A stretch of 64,000 nt of DNA, from assembly GCA_965240325.2 (NCBI GenBank), contig OZ251224.1, forward strand, positions 3,286,001 to 3,350,000, in the 5' to 3' direction. The DNA is from Rebecca billardiae RCC1528 (lineage: Eukaryota > Protista > Haptophyta). The stretch's first letter is position 1. Each line of letters opens with the position of its first letter. Positions 21,759-34,482 of this stretch are shown here, piece after piece. The notes beneath the pieces are model-generated. The model was not told the origin of the DNA. It ran no database searches and was given only the letters and a program-made list of their open reading frames with translations. Made by a program: the position numbers and the translations under genes.

Positions 21759-24700
21759 TCAGATCAGCCCCGTGGCCCGGCCGCCGCTCGCCGCGCCGCC
21801 AGCGGGCAAGCGCGCGGGCATCGTCGAGGCTAAATGGCCTCCGCCGGCCCGGGCAGCCTCAGCCGGCAGCCGCGCAACAGACGCCTTCCGCGACATGGGC
21901 TTTGATCGTGCGACCGCGCGCTCGTGAAGGCTTGCCCTGCCCGTCATCCCCGGCGCGATGCGCACCACCGACGCGCCGGTGAAGCGCGGGCTGTACTCGG
22001 CGTCGGGCTGCTTGCCCCTCGGCGCCTCGCTGAGGTGATGCAGCTCGATCGGCGCCACTTCCCGGGGGGCGTCGAGCACGCTGCTCGCGCGCAGAGCGAG
22101 GTCCTGCCCGGCCGTGCGCTCGACGTCGCGCTTGCGCTCGAGCACCTCGATCAGCTTGTTCTTGATGAGCGAGCCGCGAGGCTTGCGGAACGAGCCGCTG
22201 GCAGCCGGGGCGGGCGGCCCGGCGGCCGCGCGGTCGGACGCGTGCTCGACCCACTCAAGCACCGCGCGCAGCTTCGCCTGGTCGGCCTTGTGCCGCTTGG
22301 CCCGATTACCCATCTCGACGAGCCGCTGGATCTCGCGGAATCTCCCGCGGATGTCGGGCACGTAGCTGACGAAGCGCGCGAAGTTGCGCTTGTCCAGCCG
22401 GAGCAGCCAGCACGGCTCGAGCGCCGTCACCGTCGCGTTGCGCCGCCCGCCCTCCGTGTCCAAGATGGACGACTCGCCGAAGAAGGGCGCGCGCGCAGAC
22501 GCGCGGATCACGCCCACTTCCACGGGCTGCGCCCACGTGCCGTACACCGTGACTCGGAGCTTGCCAATGACGACGAGGAAGAGAGCGTCGGCGGCCTCCC
22601 ACTGCCGCATGATCGCCTCGCCGCGCGCGGCGTGCTGGAACACGAAGAGCGGCGCGACCGTCGCGAGCATCGCGTCGTCGTCCGTCGCGAAGAGCGAGCG
22701 CACCTGCCGCAGCAGCCGCGCAATCACGGCGCGGTGGATGGCCGCGAGAACCTTCTCGGGAAGAACGGAGCGCGGGATGATCATGAGCGCGCAGCCGTCG
22801 CTCGCGGCGGTGGCGGTGGTGAAGCGCGGCAGCTGCGTCGCCGAGCAGCCCTCCTCGCCGAACGCGGGCGCCCAGAACTCGCCGCGCGTGCGCTGCAGCA
22901 GCTCGGTGTGCCCGCGGAAGTCGACGACCCCGACAGCGCCCGCGAGCAGCACACACATCCAACCCGCCTGCGTCCCCTCCCGGTAAACGACGTGGTGCCG
23001 TGCGTACACGTGGTACGCCGACCCCTCGCACATGCGCACGAGCTCCTCCGAGCGCAGGCTGGCGAAGACCGGCATCTCGTGCAGCGTGGCGACGATGCGC
23101 TCGAGCACCGCCTGCGTCGCCGCGGCGTGCGCCGCGCCCGAGCCCGACCCCGAGAGGCGCTCGGAGATCTGAGCAGCGAGCGGAGCGGGCGCGTGCGCGC
23201 TGGATCGCCGGTCCTCCTTGAAGCTCGAGCTGAGGCTCGAGCTGATATAGCGGTCGAGCGTGCTGCTCCGCCGCGGCTGCCCGGCATCGCCCCCCTCCCC
23301 CTCGTCGGAGAATCCGTCGGAGAACTCCTCCGAGGACTCGGACGCGATCGAGCCGCGGCGGCGCGACGCCACCGAGCTGCGACGTGCGGAGGCTGTTGAG
23401 CTACGGCGCGGCGCTGCGGCGGTGGAGCCGCCGACGAGCGTGTCGAGCGAGGCGGCGACGGCGATCTCCTCGCCGCCGCCGGCCTCGTCGGTCCCCGCCT
23501 CGCTCACCTCGCCCACCTCCGCCTCGGCGGCCTCCGCCTCCTCAGCGGCCGCGCGCGTCGCCTGCCCGAGCATCAGAGCCTCCAGCAGGGAACCGTGCAA
23601 CGTGTGCACAGTATATCGGCGCACGAGCGACGAGTGCAACGGGTTCCGCGTGCGCTGCGGCGGGTGCTCGGGGCTCGGGGGCCAGCTGCCGCCGTCCATC
23701 TCGTCGCGCGAGTGCGCGCCGGACTGCTCGCCCGCGCGGGGCGCCTTTGGCGAGTGCGAGCGCTCGGGCGAGGCTGAGCACGCGGGCGAGTCTGCAGCCG
23801 GTGCTAAGTCTGCGGGCGGCGGCGAGTGCGAGCGCGGGGAATGGCGCGGGTCGGATGCGGCCGCCGCGCGCAGGTTGGATTGGCGTATCCGCTCGAACCT
23901 GCGAGGCGCGCCCGACCGCGGGGGCGGCGCAGTGCGTGGATCGCGTGAGGGCCGCGCCGGGCGCGCCGGGCGCGCGGCAGCGGCGGCAGCACCCCGGACG
24001 GCCCGGGCGCTCGCTCCTGCACGCGTGCGCACGCGGCGCACATGTTGCCAGCATTGTGCTCGCTTGGCTCCTCGAAGATGTACTCGGGCGGGCTCGAGGG
24101 CTCGACGAGGGCGTCCAGGGCCGCCACGACGCGCTGCGCGAACTCGTCCGACGCCTTGCCCAGAAGCGAGCGCGAGCTGGGCAGCGGCAGCGGCTCCTGC
24201 AGCTGCCGGAAGCGAACTGGCGAGAGCTGGCGGCGGCTGCCGCTGAACGCGGTCGTCTGTGCGCGCGGCGGCAGCGGCGACGAGTGCGGCGGCGGCGACG
24301 GTGGATCGGATTGGTCGATGTGGCCTGGCTCTGGCATGCGCGACGACGGGCGAGACAGGCTCACCGCAGAAGCACTCGGGAGCCTCGACAGCTCAGCCAC
24401 TTCGCGCGCCGCCGGCAGCCGCGCGCCGCCCCGCGACCGCGGGGGCGAGCGGAGAGGAGCGGGCAGATCCGCATCCACTGTGGCGGCGTCGAGCTGCCTA
24501 GCTAGACGCACCGCCGGCAGCGACAGCCCACGCCGCCGCTGCGCACCTAACGGAGCGACCCGACCGCGCTTGTCCGCGCCCACTACCACCACCACCGGAT
24601 GCCGCCGGGCCCCGCGCGGCGACGGCTCGCGGCTGCCGCCGACGGTGGACGGTGGTGGCGGTGGCGGTGCTGGCTCGCCATGCCCGTAGATGACCAAGCT

Positions 24701-24778
24701 CGCGACGTCCGCATCGAGGGCGCCGGCAGCTGTTGCCGGACGGCGCCCGCCGGCCGCGTGGTGGCCTGCAGGCCGCAT
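21759..24778 (-). CDS. Tandem cyclic-nucleotide-binding-domain protein with low-complexity N-terminus; intron 24041-23899
   Basis: Two CNB domains (VVYREG...FGEEG...RFTTATA; IMRQWE...FFGESSIL...RNATVTA). A GT-AG intron joins ORFs 23804..24778 and 21759..24041 in frame. Confidence 0.8.
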
Positions 24779-25082
24779 CGTCCATGCGACGCCACCGAAA
24801 CAGGCAAGGCGAAACGTAGACGATCCACGAATCGTCGTATTGTTTCAAGGTTGGGACGCGTAACCGCCGCCGCCGGCACAGTAACTGACTGAGCTGCCGC
24901 CCAACTGGCGGCCCTTTGCTTCCAGCACGTGCGGTTCGTCAGCAAGGATGCGAGCAAAGTGCGGAAAACGGCGAAAACCACGCGGCTCTAGTTTTTTTTG
25001 GCCCCGTGGACCCGATCAAGCTGCCGAGAGTTTCGTCCAGTTCATCCGACGGCCGCCGCGGTCCTCGCCGCCGGCCTGCACC

Positions 25083-26429
25083 ATGCTCGCCGCGAACGGT
25101 CGCGTGGCGCGTTCGCTGGGATGGACGGCGGGCCGGAGGCTCTCTTCTTCCGCGGCGCCGCCGGATGTGGTCTTCGTCGATGGCTGCCGCATCCCGTTCC
25201 AGCCCTCCAGCACGGTCTACAACGATCTGATGGCGTACGACCTGCAGCGGATGGCGCTCGCCGGGCTGCTTAAGAAGACAGCGGTGCCGGTGGACTCGGT
25301 GGACTACGTCATGTGCGGCACGGTGCTGCAGGAGGTGAAGACTGCGAACATCGCACGCGAGGCGTCCATCGCCGCGGGCTTCCGGGACACGACGCCGGCG
25401 CACACCATCACGCAGGCGTGCATCTCGTCCAACCAGGCGATGTGCACGGCCGCGTCGCTCATCCGCGCGGGGCAGCACGAGGTGGTGGTGGCCGGCGGCG
25501 TGGAGACGTTCAGCGACGTGCCGATCAGGTACACGCGCCCGCTGCGCAAGGCCCTCATCGCCGCGCCCAAGGTGAAGTCGGGCTTGCCCGGCTACCTCAA
25601 GCTGATGCGCGGGCTGAAGATGAAGGACCTCGCGCCCGAGGCGCCGGCGATCGCAAACTTCGCGACGGGGGAGGTGATGGGCCACAACGCGGACCGGCTT
25701 GCCGACCGCTTCGGCGTGAGCCGGAAGGCCCAGGACGAGTTCGCGCTGCGCTCCCACCACGGCGCGGCCAAGGCGCACGCCGACGGGCTGTACGATGACG
25801 AGCTCGTGCCCGTCGGCGGCGAGACGGCCGAGAAGGGCGTGCGCGGCGAGTCGACGCTCGAGAAGCTGTCGACGCTCAAGCCCGCGTTCGTCAAGCCGTA
25901 CGGCACGGTGACCGCGGCGAACTCGAGCTTCCTCACCGACGGCGCCTCGGCGTGCCTCATCATGTCCGAGCCGAAGGCGAAGGCGCTCGGCCTCAAGCCA
26001 AAGGCCTTCTTGCGCGACTACATCTTCGTCTCCCAGGATCCCTTCGAGGACCTGCTGCTCGGCCCGGCGTTCGCAACGTCGCGGCTGCTGAAGAAGACCG
26101 GGCTCACGCTGAAGGACCTGGACGTGATCGAGTTCCACGAGGCCTTCGCCGCGCAGGTCCTCGCCAACCTCGCCGCCCTCGACTCGGACGCGTTCGCCAA
26201 GGAGCGGCTCGGCGGCATGGACAAGGTGGGCGCCGTGCCGATGGAGAAGTTCAACCTGCACGGCGGCTCGCTCTCGCTCGGCCACCCGTTCGGCGCGACG
26301 GGCACGCGGCTGGTCACAACGGCGGCCAACCGCCTGATTCGCGAAGACGGCCGCTTCGCCCTGGTCGCCGCGTGCGCCGACGGCGGCATCGGCCACGCGG
26401 CCATCATCGAGCGCTATCCGGACGCGTGA
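25083..26429 (+). CDS. HADHB: Mitochondrial trifunctional enzyme beta subunit-like 3-ketoacyl-CoA thiolase
   Basis: Transit-peptide-like start, ACISSNQA (catalytic Cys), [36 protein letters not shown] and AACADGG. Confidence 0.93.
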   Translation: MLAANGRVARSLGWTAGRRLSSSAAPPDVVFVDGCRIPFQPSSTVYNDLMAYDLQRMALAGLLKKTAVPVDSVDYVMCGTVLQEVKTANIAREASIAAGFRDTTPAHTITQACISSNQAMCTAASLIRAGQHEVVVAGGVETFSDVPIRYTRPLRKALIAAPKVKSGLPGYLKLMRGLKMKDLAPEAPAIANFATGEVMGHNADRLADRFGVSRKAQDEFALRSHHGAAKAHADGLYDDELVPVGGETAEKGVRGESTLEKLSTLKPAFVKPYGTVTAANSSFLTDGASACLIMSEPKAKALGLKPKAFLRDYIFVSQDPFEDLLLGPAFATSRLLKKTGLTLKDLDVIEFHEAFAAQVLANLAALDSDAFAKERLGGMDKVGAVPMEKFNLHGGSLSLGHPFGATGTRLVTTAANRLIREDGRFALVAACADGGIGHAAIIERYPDA

Positions 26430-27058
26430 GCTGCGCGCGGCACCAGCTCGGCACGACCCGCGTGACGTCCCGCCGCGCAGACGACGTCGGTGGCGCCCGA
26501 TGCCCAGCCCGGTGCTTCTTCCGGCCGTGGAGGTCGCACCGCGACGAACGTCGGGTGCACTGCATCTGGGCCGCCGGCTCGCAGCCGGTACGCAGCAACG
26601 GCGGGCGGTCCTGGCAGGGGACACTCGTCTGTCGGCCGGAGAGCCGCGCGCAGCACGGGCCTGCTGGCAGCGTCACGTCGATCACCGAGGTCGTGGAGTG
26701 GTACACACGCCCGCCATGGGCGGTCAAAGAGACTGTCATAGGAGCGGTAGCCGTAGATGAGACGCCGGCGCCCCGGCCGGGCGGCCACCGCCGCGGGCCC
26801 GCGGGGGCCCGGGCGCCGCGCGGACGGACCCGAGACTGCGAGTCCGCGGGCGGCGGGCCGAGCGCGGCCGCGGCCGCGGTGCGACGTACCCGTGCGTCCG
26901 TCCGGGACCGCTGACACCCACACCGTGAATGGCACGGACACGGTCGAGTGTCGACAGTCACTGTCCGTAGGGCCGTCGTCGTATGAACGGACCGTGCGTC
27001 GCTGCTGTAGAACTTAAATTATAAATAACTTTATTCCGATCGAAGTCGATCCGTATGA

Positions 27059-27221
27059 TGGCCCGCGCGGCGCGGTGCAGGGCGGAGCGCGCAGCGTGGA
27101 GCCCGCCTCAGTGCGGGCCCTAACCACGTTATTTCAAAAAGATCTTTGATCAAGAAAAAAGGGACGGGGGCGATTTTCAGGGCCGGAGGAGACCGAGTTT
27201 CAATTTTTGAGACCCTCCGTA
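27059..27221. mobile_element. Dispersed TE terminus ending at TA (second copy at 42768-42919)
   Basis: About 150 bp shared (gtgcagggcggagcgcgcagcgtggagcccgc...tttcaaaaagatctttgatcaa...ttttgaga); homology ends at a TA in both copies. Confidence 0.65.
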
Positions 27222-27362
27222 AGACAGTCCGTTTGACTTTGACACGCATCACGACGTCACGACGAGAAATGGAGTATGGACGCGCCCACGAGAATGACGA
27301 GATTCCCCCGTATTCAATCGTGGACGGCCGGGCGTGAGAGCACGGGCTTGATTCTGGAAACC

Positions 27363-27480
27363 CACGAGCCTCTCAAGCCGCGGGTTTGAGAGCCTCTCAA
27401 ACCGCCACGAGCCTCTCAAGCCGCGGCTTGAGAGGCTTTCCTACGGTCTGTACGGAAAAGCAGTTCCTACGGAAAAGGCG
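27363..27480. repeat. Cluster of short direct/inverted repeats (GAGCCTCTCAA x3 plus inverse; TACGGAAAAG x2)
   Basis: Seen directly; TACGGAAAAG...CGGTCAT recurs at 44371-44399, suggesting a TE subterminal region. Confidence 0.6.
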
Positions 27481-28055
27481 GAGGCCGCGGAATCCGGCCC
27501 CGCGGAACGACGGTCATATTCAGCTTAAATAATAATATATGATCGGCTACGCCGATCTTCGGGTAGTAAACAACGAAGTTGAGGGCGCACGGCCCTGGTA
27601 GGCTCTGGCTGGTAGTTGCTGTCGCGTTGGCTTCACCGCCAATCACACGGCACGATGCTACCAGTCAGCAAAGCGCGCGGACGAAAATCAGTCAGCTCTC
27701 CGAGAGGGCCCCGGGCCTGCGCGGGTCCGGCGGTCAGCGGCGCCGGGCGCGGGGATGCTGTCAGCTTCCGAGCCCGTACAGCTCGTCGCGCGCGCTCGGG
27801 GTGCGCGAGGCGACGCGGTACGACGGTGGCGTGGACCACCACCTCACGCCTCGCTACGTCGTCAGCGTGTACAGCCCGCCGCTGCCACTAGCGCCAAGTG
27901 GCACTGCTCGGAACAGCTCGATGCGTCGCGCGTCGTCGTTTGCGTCGACTAGTCGCTCGGCCGGAGGTGCAGCTGACGCGCTCGCCGAAGCAGCACCGCA
28001 GCCCCCGCTCGATGATGTGCGCGGCATGAAGTTCGCACCGAACGTCTTCTTGTCG

Positions 28056-28520
28056 CGGCCCGGTGCTGCCCGCACTCGCTGCGGAGCGACCACTCGAAGA
28101 TGCGCGCAGCGTGACGTGCGCGGCGAGTAACTCCTCGTCGCGAGATGCGCTCCGCCCGCAGTCGCACCCGCCGCCGCGGCGTCCGCCGCTGCGTCTGCCA
28201 CCGCGCCGCCCGCCACAGTGCCGCGCCAGCGCAGGCGCAGCGCCCGACCGCTGCGGCGCCCGCCCGGCCGCTGTCACGCCCGCATTCAGCAGGCCCGGTG
28301 CTGCCGCGCTCGCCGGGCGACGAATCGATACCGCGCGCGGCGTGACGTGCGCGCCGAGTATTTCCTCGTCGCGAGATGCGCTCTGCCAGCCGCCGCGCCC
28401 GCCACCGCTGCTGCACTCGCCGCCGCGCCCGGATGCCGAGTAGCGCCCGCCCGACCGTCACGCCCGCCGTCAGCAGGCCCGACGCTGCCGCGCTGGCCGG
28501 GCGCCGCGGTGGTCGCGGCG
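28056..28520. repeat. Diverged tandem duplication with about 235-bp period
   Basis: ggcccggtgctgcc...gcgtgacgtgcgcg...tcctcgtcgcgagatgcgct at about 28057 and 28292. Confidence 0.6.
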
Positions 28521-29385
28521 TTTGATGCCGTCGCAGACGGCGTGCGAAGCGCGGCGTCGGTACCCGCCCACCCTGCACGATGTTGCCGCGCTGCAACCTC
28601 AGCTTGATCGCTGACTCCACGCCAACGCCGAACGCGGAGCTCGCTGAAGAGAGCCCACCCGCACAGTGGCAGTCTTCGAGCGAGCGCGGGCGCGCGTAGC
28701 TCGATCTTCAAAGAACGGAATCAAAGATACCAGCACCCGCCTATGGGGTTTGACCACCCGCATATTGACGTCGTATCAGTAGATGACCAAGAGTATATCA
28801 GCAAGTCAGTAGCTCGATAGCCGTATGATATGAGAGCGCGCGGGAACGTCGGTTCGGACTACCCGCGCAATAACATCTCGCGTCGCTTGATGAATATGAG
28901 GAGTGAACGACTATCAAAAGAATGTTCGATATCTCAGACCTTGTTTGCAATCTGTTCAATAGGCGAATCTTGACTATCAGAAAGGTAGCTAGAGATGTCT
29001 TTGTCCTATTCGAGTTCGATTTCTTCTATTACTTACTATCCAAGGATTAAGGAGCAGTACAAACGCAATCATGAGCAGCGATATCGAGTCAAATGCGGAT
29101 TTCACACCTAAATCCACCTACAAAAATCCCCCAAATCCTGCGCGCATCCTCTTTTTTGATTTTGCGGAGCACGTGCGCCGCCCCCCCCGGCTTTCGCTCA
29201 CGCTCAGACCTTTCGGGGGGGCCGTGCGCCATAAGTTAGTGTCACTGCATTAATGATGTGAACGGGTGGCGAGGTAGCTATCAGTATCCGTATCGGCGGT
29301 ACAGCCCGGTACTCAGTTAGTAACACTTCAGCTCGTTGCGGAACGACAAACAGCATCAGGTACAGCCACAGGCACAGGTAACTAG

Positions 29386-31568
29386 TTACACATCATCCCA
29401 CCCCGTCGAGTCGCTGCGGTCCTCAGCGTGCCCAGCAGGGATGCTAGGGTCCGCGCCTAGCGCCGCCTCGGGCTCGGCGTGCTGGAGCTCGATCGCAGGA
29501 TGCTCGTCCAGTAGAGAGCTTGGCCACATGCGGCGCCACGTGCTCGAGCGCGCCGTGCGTCGAATGCGCAAAACCAGCGCCATGATCGACAGGCCCACCA
29601 AGACCGTCACTGTTGCGATGGTCGCCGGCCGACCCCAGCCCCCCGTCCTGGAAGACGATATCACGCTGCCGACCCCATCTGCACGGCTGCCCTCGTTCTC
29701 GGAGGTCGCGCCACTCGAGCCCGGTGGCGTTGGCGAGCCCTGGGGCTGTGCTGAACCAGGGAGCGGCGGCGGGGACGGTGGCATAGCGGGTGCGGTGTGG
29801 TGCGCCTGGCGTAAAACGTGCACCCCCAGCACGCGCTCGCCTGTGAGCGCAGAGAGCTCACTCGTGTCTGCCTCGCGCAGCACGCGCGTGACCTCGTCGC
29901 CCGTGCCGTACGGTGCGACGGCGCGCAATGAGCACGTCGTCAGCGGGCCACCCCTCTCCTCACGCGTCGGCGCGCACGAGAGGATCTCGACGCGCTCGGC
30001 CGTCGTGACCGTGCGCTCGCTATGCCTGAGGAGCAGCTTCGCGACGCCGTTGACAATGTCCGCGCGGACGAAGTCGTGCGTGAGGTGCCTCTGCGTGGCG
30101 CGCAGCTCAAGCTCGAGCAAGATCACGTCCGTGTCTGGGAGACTCAGTGGCGGCGGTGGCGACGGCTGTGGCGGTGAACGTGGCGGGGACGATGGGGATG
30201 CAGCGGTGGGTGCAAAGATCACGTCCGTGTCTGGGAGACTCAGTGGCGGCGGTGGCGACGGCTGTGGCGGTGAACGTGGCGGGGACGATGGGGATGCCGC
30301 GGTGGGTGCAAAGGGCACTTCGAAGGATAGCACGCGCTCGCCTGTGAGTGCCGAGAGCTCGCGTACTGAGGCCGCGCTGAGCGCGTGCGTGACGTGCTCG
30401 CCCGTGCCGTAGGGCGCTAGCGCGCACAACGAGCAACTCGTCGCTGCCCCTCGCTCTGCCTCGAGAGGCATGCACGAGACTATTGAGATGTGGTCGGCTG
30501 TGGTAAGAGTGCGAGAGCTGTGGGTGAAGAGCAGCCTCGCAATGCCCTCGATGATGCGCGAGCGCGCCATAGGGCGTTCGAGGTGCGCCTGGCTGGCGAG
30601 GAGCGAGATCTCAAAGAGGACAACATCCGTAGGCGGCCAGGGCGGTCTTCCCACCTGCAGCAGGTACACAAGCGCGTGGCGGCGGTGGGAGCTGAGGACG
30701 AGCGCCAGCCCGGTAGTCGCCGTGCGCGCACGTGCGCACCTCCAAAAGCGCGTTTGAGCCCTCAAGGCTGAGTTCGACGGCGCCTTGCAAGCTTAGTGAG
30801 CCGGCCACTGCAGCCTGGGACCTTGCCTCAACGAGCACGGGCGTGCTCGAGGCAACAGTGCCGCAAAGGATCACGTCTACGAGCCGAGCCGCGGGCACAA
30901 GCACACATACGGGTAAGGCTTGAGATGAGAGCAACACAGACAGGGACGAGGGCGCGCATGCGCGCTTGCGCACCAGTCGTTTCGTCTGGTACTGCAGCGT
31001 CACGCCATGTAGCATCCTCCGTCCAGCCGCCAGAGAGACCGTCATTCCTGCTCGCGCTCGGACCTCCCTCGCACACAAGGGCGAGAGGTGGCGGGCTCTG
31101 CGGAGGAGGAGGCGGAGGAGGCGGCGGGCTCGGCGGGGAGTGAGCAAACACGCTCGTAATGGTCATGTTGGCCGACGCGCCGTTAAGCTCGACCAGGACG
31201 CTCCCAACTGTTCTTGAGGCCACGGGGCGGGGCAGGGCCACGGGGCGGTGTGAGCGCGGGCGCGGGCGCGGCACGCGCACGATGTGAAGGACCGGCACCG
31301 CCGCACGCCGCTCTTCACCTTGCGCCTCGAGGTGGAGAGCTGAAAACACCGACACCCCTTCCAATGTGACGGCGAGGTCTTCGCTCTGCGCGCATACGGA
31401 TACACTCTCCGACCGACGAGGGGAGAAGAAGCTCGACCACATACTGGGGTCCAGCCAGTTGCCCCGTGGCCCGGCAAACCGCACACCGCCAGCACCGCAG
31501 CTCTGCGAGTCCAGCGTCACGGAGAGCAGCGAGCCCACGAACGCAGCAGCAATCGCGGGCACCCCCAT
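29386..31568 (-). CDS. Type-I membrane/surface protein with signal peptide, Pro-rich linkers and a duplicated extracellular domain (multi-exon)
   Basis: MGVPAIAAAFVGSLL signal, SPPPPPP linkers, two copies of 'G(I/V)A.LL..HS.RT.TTA...APYGTG..VT..L....ELSALTGERVL', and a C-terminal TM (IATVTVLVGLSIMALVL). Exon boundaries not resolved. Confidence 0.6.
30119..30312. repeat. Near-exact 96-bp in-frame tandem duplication (32 aa)
   Basis: gatcacgtccgtgtctgggagactcagtggcggc... at 30121 and 30217. Confidence 0.9.
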
Positions 31569-31633
31569 GGGTGGCGGTGTACCGTACGCGTAGAGTCGTT
31601 CGGCGACCCTGACCAAGCTGAAAGCGGCCGAGG

Positions 31634-32764
31634 CAAGGGTAGTAAGGGTGAGCAACTCCGCTGGCGACAGCCGCCGAGGTCGGTCGGGCTCTGTTTGCCT
31701 CGGCGAGCGGTGCGAGCGGAGCGGAGCGAGTACTATCAGCGGCGGAGGGCGCTGAGGCCGCGCACGGCGTGAGGCGCGGCGTCGGCCGAGTCGGTCCGCG
31801 GAGGATGCGCGGCGCTCGGCCCGCTGCGCAGCAGCAGTGCGCCTCACTTTGCCCCGAGCGCCGTCCTCCGCGTCGCCTCCTTCCCGCCTTGGAGCAGCAC
31901 GCATGTGCGCGCCGCCACCTCGAAGGCGGCACGGGCTTGCTCAGACGACCGCGCGCGTGTGGCGCGCGACTTGGTCGACTGCGCGCGCGCGCTGCCGCGG
32001 TGCAAGGTAGCGCCACCGCATACGCGCGCCGTGCCCGCGCGAGCCTTTGCTCACGGCCATCTCATGAGCGTAGTGCTCGCTTGTCTGCTTGCTCTCACGA
32101 ATGGTTCGCTGTGCCTCACGCCGGCGCTCGTCGGTCGATCAGCGAGGTGTTGAGTGACATTGGATACCCATGACGAAGGCCTGGCCGTGTGTATGCCTTC
32201 TCATCACGAATGCGAGCGGACGCTAAGGCTCCGCATCGATGGTACCAACACTCACGCCGCTGTCTTTTCCAGCTTCACGTCACTCGGCACTAGTCGGATG
32301 CGCAAGCAGCACTAGACATGTGTGTGAGCTCGCACTCACGTCCGCGCACACGCTCTCGCAAGGCCACGGCGCGCGTATGCGGTGGCGCTACCTTGCACCG
32401 CGGCAGCGCGCGCGCGCAGTCGACCAAGTCGCGCGCCACACGCGCGCGGTCGTCTGAGCAAGCCCGTGCCGCCTTCGAGGTGGCGGCGCGCACATGCGTG
32501 CTGCTCCAAGGCGGGAAGGAGGCGACGCGGAGGACGGCGCTCGGGGCAAAGTGAGGCGCACTGCTGCTGCGCAGCGGGCCGAGCGCCGCGCATCCTCCGC
32601 GGACCGACTCGGCCGACGCCGCGCCTCACGCCGTGCGCGGCCTCAGCGCCCTCCGCCGCTGATAGTACTCGCTCCGCTCCGCTCGCACCGGGCGCCGAGG
32701 CAAACAGAGCCCGACCGACCTCGGCGGCTGTCGCCAGCGGAGTTGCTCACCCTTACTACCCTTG
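31634..32764. mobile_element. Non-autonomous foldback DNA transposon, family A copy 2
   Basis: About 400-bp TIRs CAAGGGTAGTAAGGG...CCCTTACTACCCTTG, 7-bp TSD GCCGAGG at 31627-31633 and 32765-32771; spacer homologous to copy 1. Confidence 0.92.
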
Positions 32765-32866
32765 GCCGAGGCAAGGGCCGAGGGAAGAAGGGGCGGCGCT
32801 TCGTCCAACACGGCCGCGGGGAGCGTGCTCGTCCGACAAGGGAGCGTGCTTCCGAGGACCGAGGAG

Positions 32867-33871
32867 ATGGAGACCGCACCGCAGAGGATGAAGGGCAAAG
32901 CTGGCTGGGCCGACCAAGCGGGGTCGCTCGTCCAAATCGTGTGCATCGCCATGCTCGCTGTGATCGTCGCGCGCCAGCAACACGATATGGGTGCACTGAG
33001 CTCGCGCTTGGAGGCAGCTGATCGGCTCGCTGCGAACCAGCACCGCATCCTCGGCGGGCTCATCGTGCGCGTGGATGCGGTCGAGGCCCGCGCTACGACG
33101 AGCGCGCCGCTCGTGCACGGAGCGGTTGCCTCCGAATCGGTCGCGGACGGGCTGCTGAACAGCGATGTCCGGGTGTCGCGCGCGCTCGGCGAGTTCGCCC
33201 AGGGCGCGCCGCGCGCCACGCTGAGAATCGACGTGAGGGACCCTGCCGGCGTGTCCGAGATCGTCTTTGGCCAAGACGGGACGGCGGATCGTATTTCCCT
33301 GCAGCAGGACGTCGAATCGTTCGCGCTTTTGCGGAACGCCAGCAAGATTGTTGAGGTCGACAGCCGAGGCAACACCGTTATCAGCGGTGCGACGATCCGC
33401 ATCCATGCGCCGCGCATCTCACTCGAAAATCGCAAGACCATCTTTGTCACGGAGGTCGATCAGGCTAACGCCGTCTGGAACCCGTCCAACTTGACTATCT
33501 TCGTCGGCGATACCGTCACGTGGATCTGGTCGAGTGTGCAAAACGTCGTCGAGGCTGACGCAAGCTACGCATCGAGGGAGGACGACCCGAACGCGTTCTA
33601 CAGTGGCGTCCCGACGCTGGGGGGCAGCTTCTCCGTACGCTTCGACCGGCCTGGCGTGCACTACTTCAAGAGCCAGAACACCAACACCCTGCGCGGCAGT
33701 GTGGCCGTCAAGCAGGCATTCGAGCTTCGTGGCGGCCAGCTCACCGTGAACGGGACTTCGCCGTATGGACTTGGAGCTCTCGTCGCTCTCAAGGGTTATG
33801 TTCAATGTCCCCCCCCCGCCCTGCGATATGCAGCTCAATTCAATGGTTTAACGTTCTGCGAGCCCGTGTGA
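32867..33871 (+). CDS. Membrane-anchored protein with a cupredoxin/plastocyanin-like domain
   Basis: N-terminal TM; WNPSNLTIFVGDTVTWIW...QNVVE...FSVRFDRPGVHYF...LRGSVAV fits the cupredoxin strand pattern. Confidence 0.6.
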   Translation: METAPQRMKGKAGWADQAGSLVQIVCIAMLAVIVARQQHDMGALSSRLEAADRLAANQHRILGGLIVRVDAVEARATTSAPLVHGAVASESVADGLLNSDVRVSRALGEFAQGAPRATLRIDVRDPAGVSEIVFGQDGTADRISLQQDVESFALLRNASKIVEVDSRGNTVISGATIRIHAPRISLENRKTIFVTEVDQANAVWNPSNLTIFVGDTVTWIWSSVQNVVEADASYASREDDPNAFYSGVPTLGGSFSVRFDRPGVHYFKSQNTNTLRGSVAVKQAFELRGGQLTVNGTSPYGLGALVALKGYVQCPPPALRYAAQFNGLTFCEPV

Positions 33872-34482
33872 TAGTCGTAGCAGAACGTATCCCTGTGGCA
33901 AACGCGCGGCGACCAAGACAAAAACGAGCTCATATCAGATTAATGATTAAGCGCTGACGTGAATGAGTAGTCTGATCGGATATATAGTATTACTAGCGCA
34001 CAGTTACTAACGACTAAACGAGTAACGACTAGAGTTAACTGCTGAGTCTGTTAAGTGTTTAGAGACTCTCTCACTCATCTCTGGCTGGCGGACTCAGGCT
34101 CAGCGGGGCGGATGAGTACGCGGTGGCGGGCGTGGCGCCGACGCGGGGCCTGACTCGGATGAGCCCGCCACGGCCCCGATTCATTATAGGCACTTGACTA
34201 GCAGCCTCACACTCAGAGTACAGCAGCATGCAGACATCAGGGGTTACTTGGCGCATGCGGTCATGGATTGATCACTCTGATGGAGCCACTGTGCCGCGGC
34301 TGTGCTCAGTCACAGTGCTGCCACGTAGCTGCGGCGGGCCGATCAGAGACCGAGGGCGAGGCAGCTCGCAACAACCGGCCAGTCACCACCCGCCATCAGC
34401 GATAGCCGTCCCACCCTCAGAAGACGCACACCGCGACTCTGCGCGTGCATCCCGCCATTCCGGTCGAGCAAGCGACGCGTGA

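Noticed and set aside
28710-29330. AT-rich block as an RNA gene or organellar insert
   Set aside because: No recognisable tRNA/rRNA/snRNA structure or ORF; probably TE debris, but not supportable.
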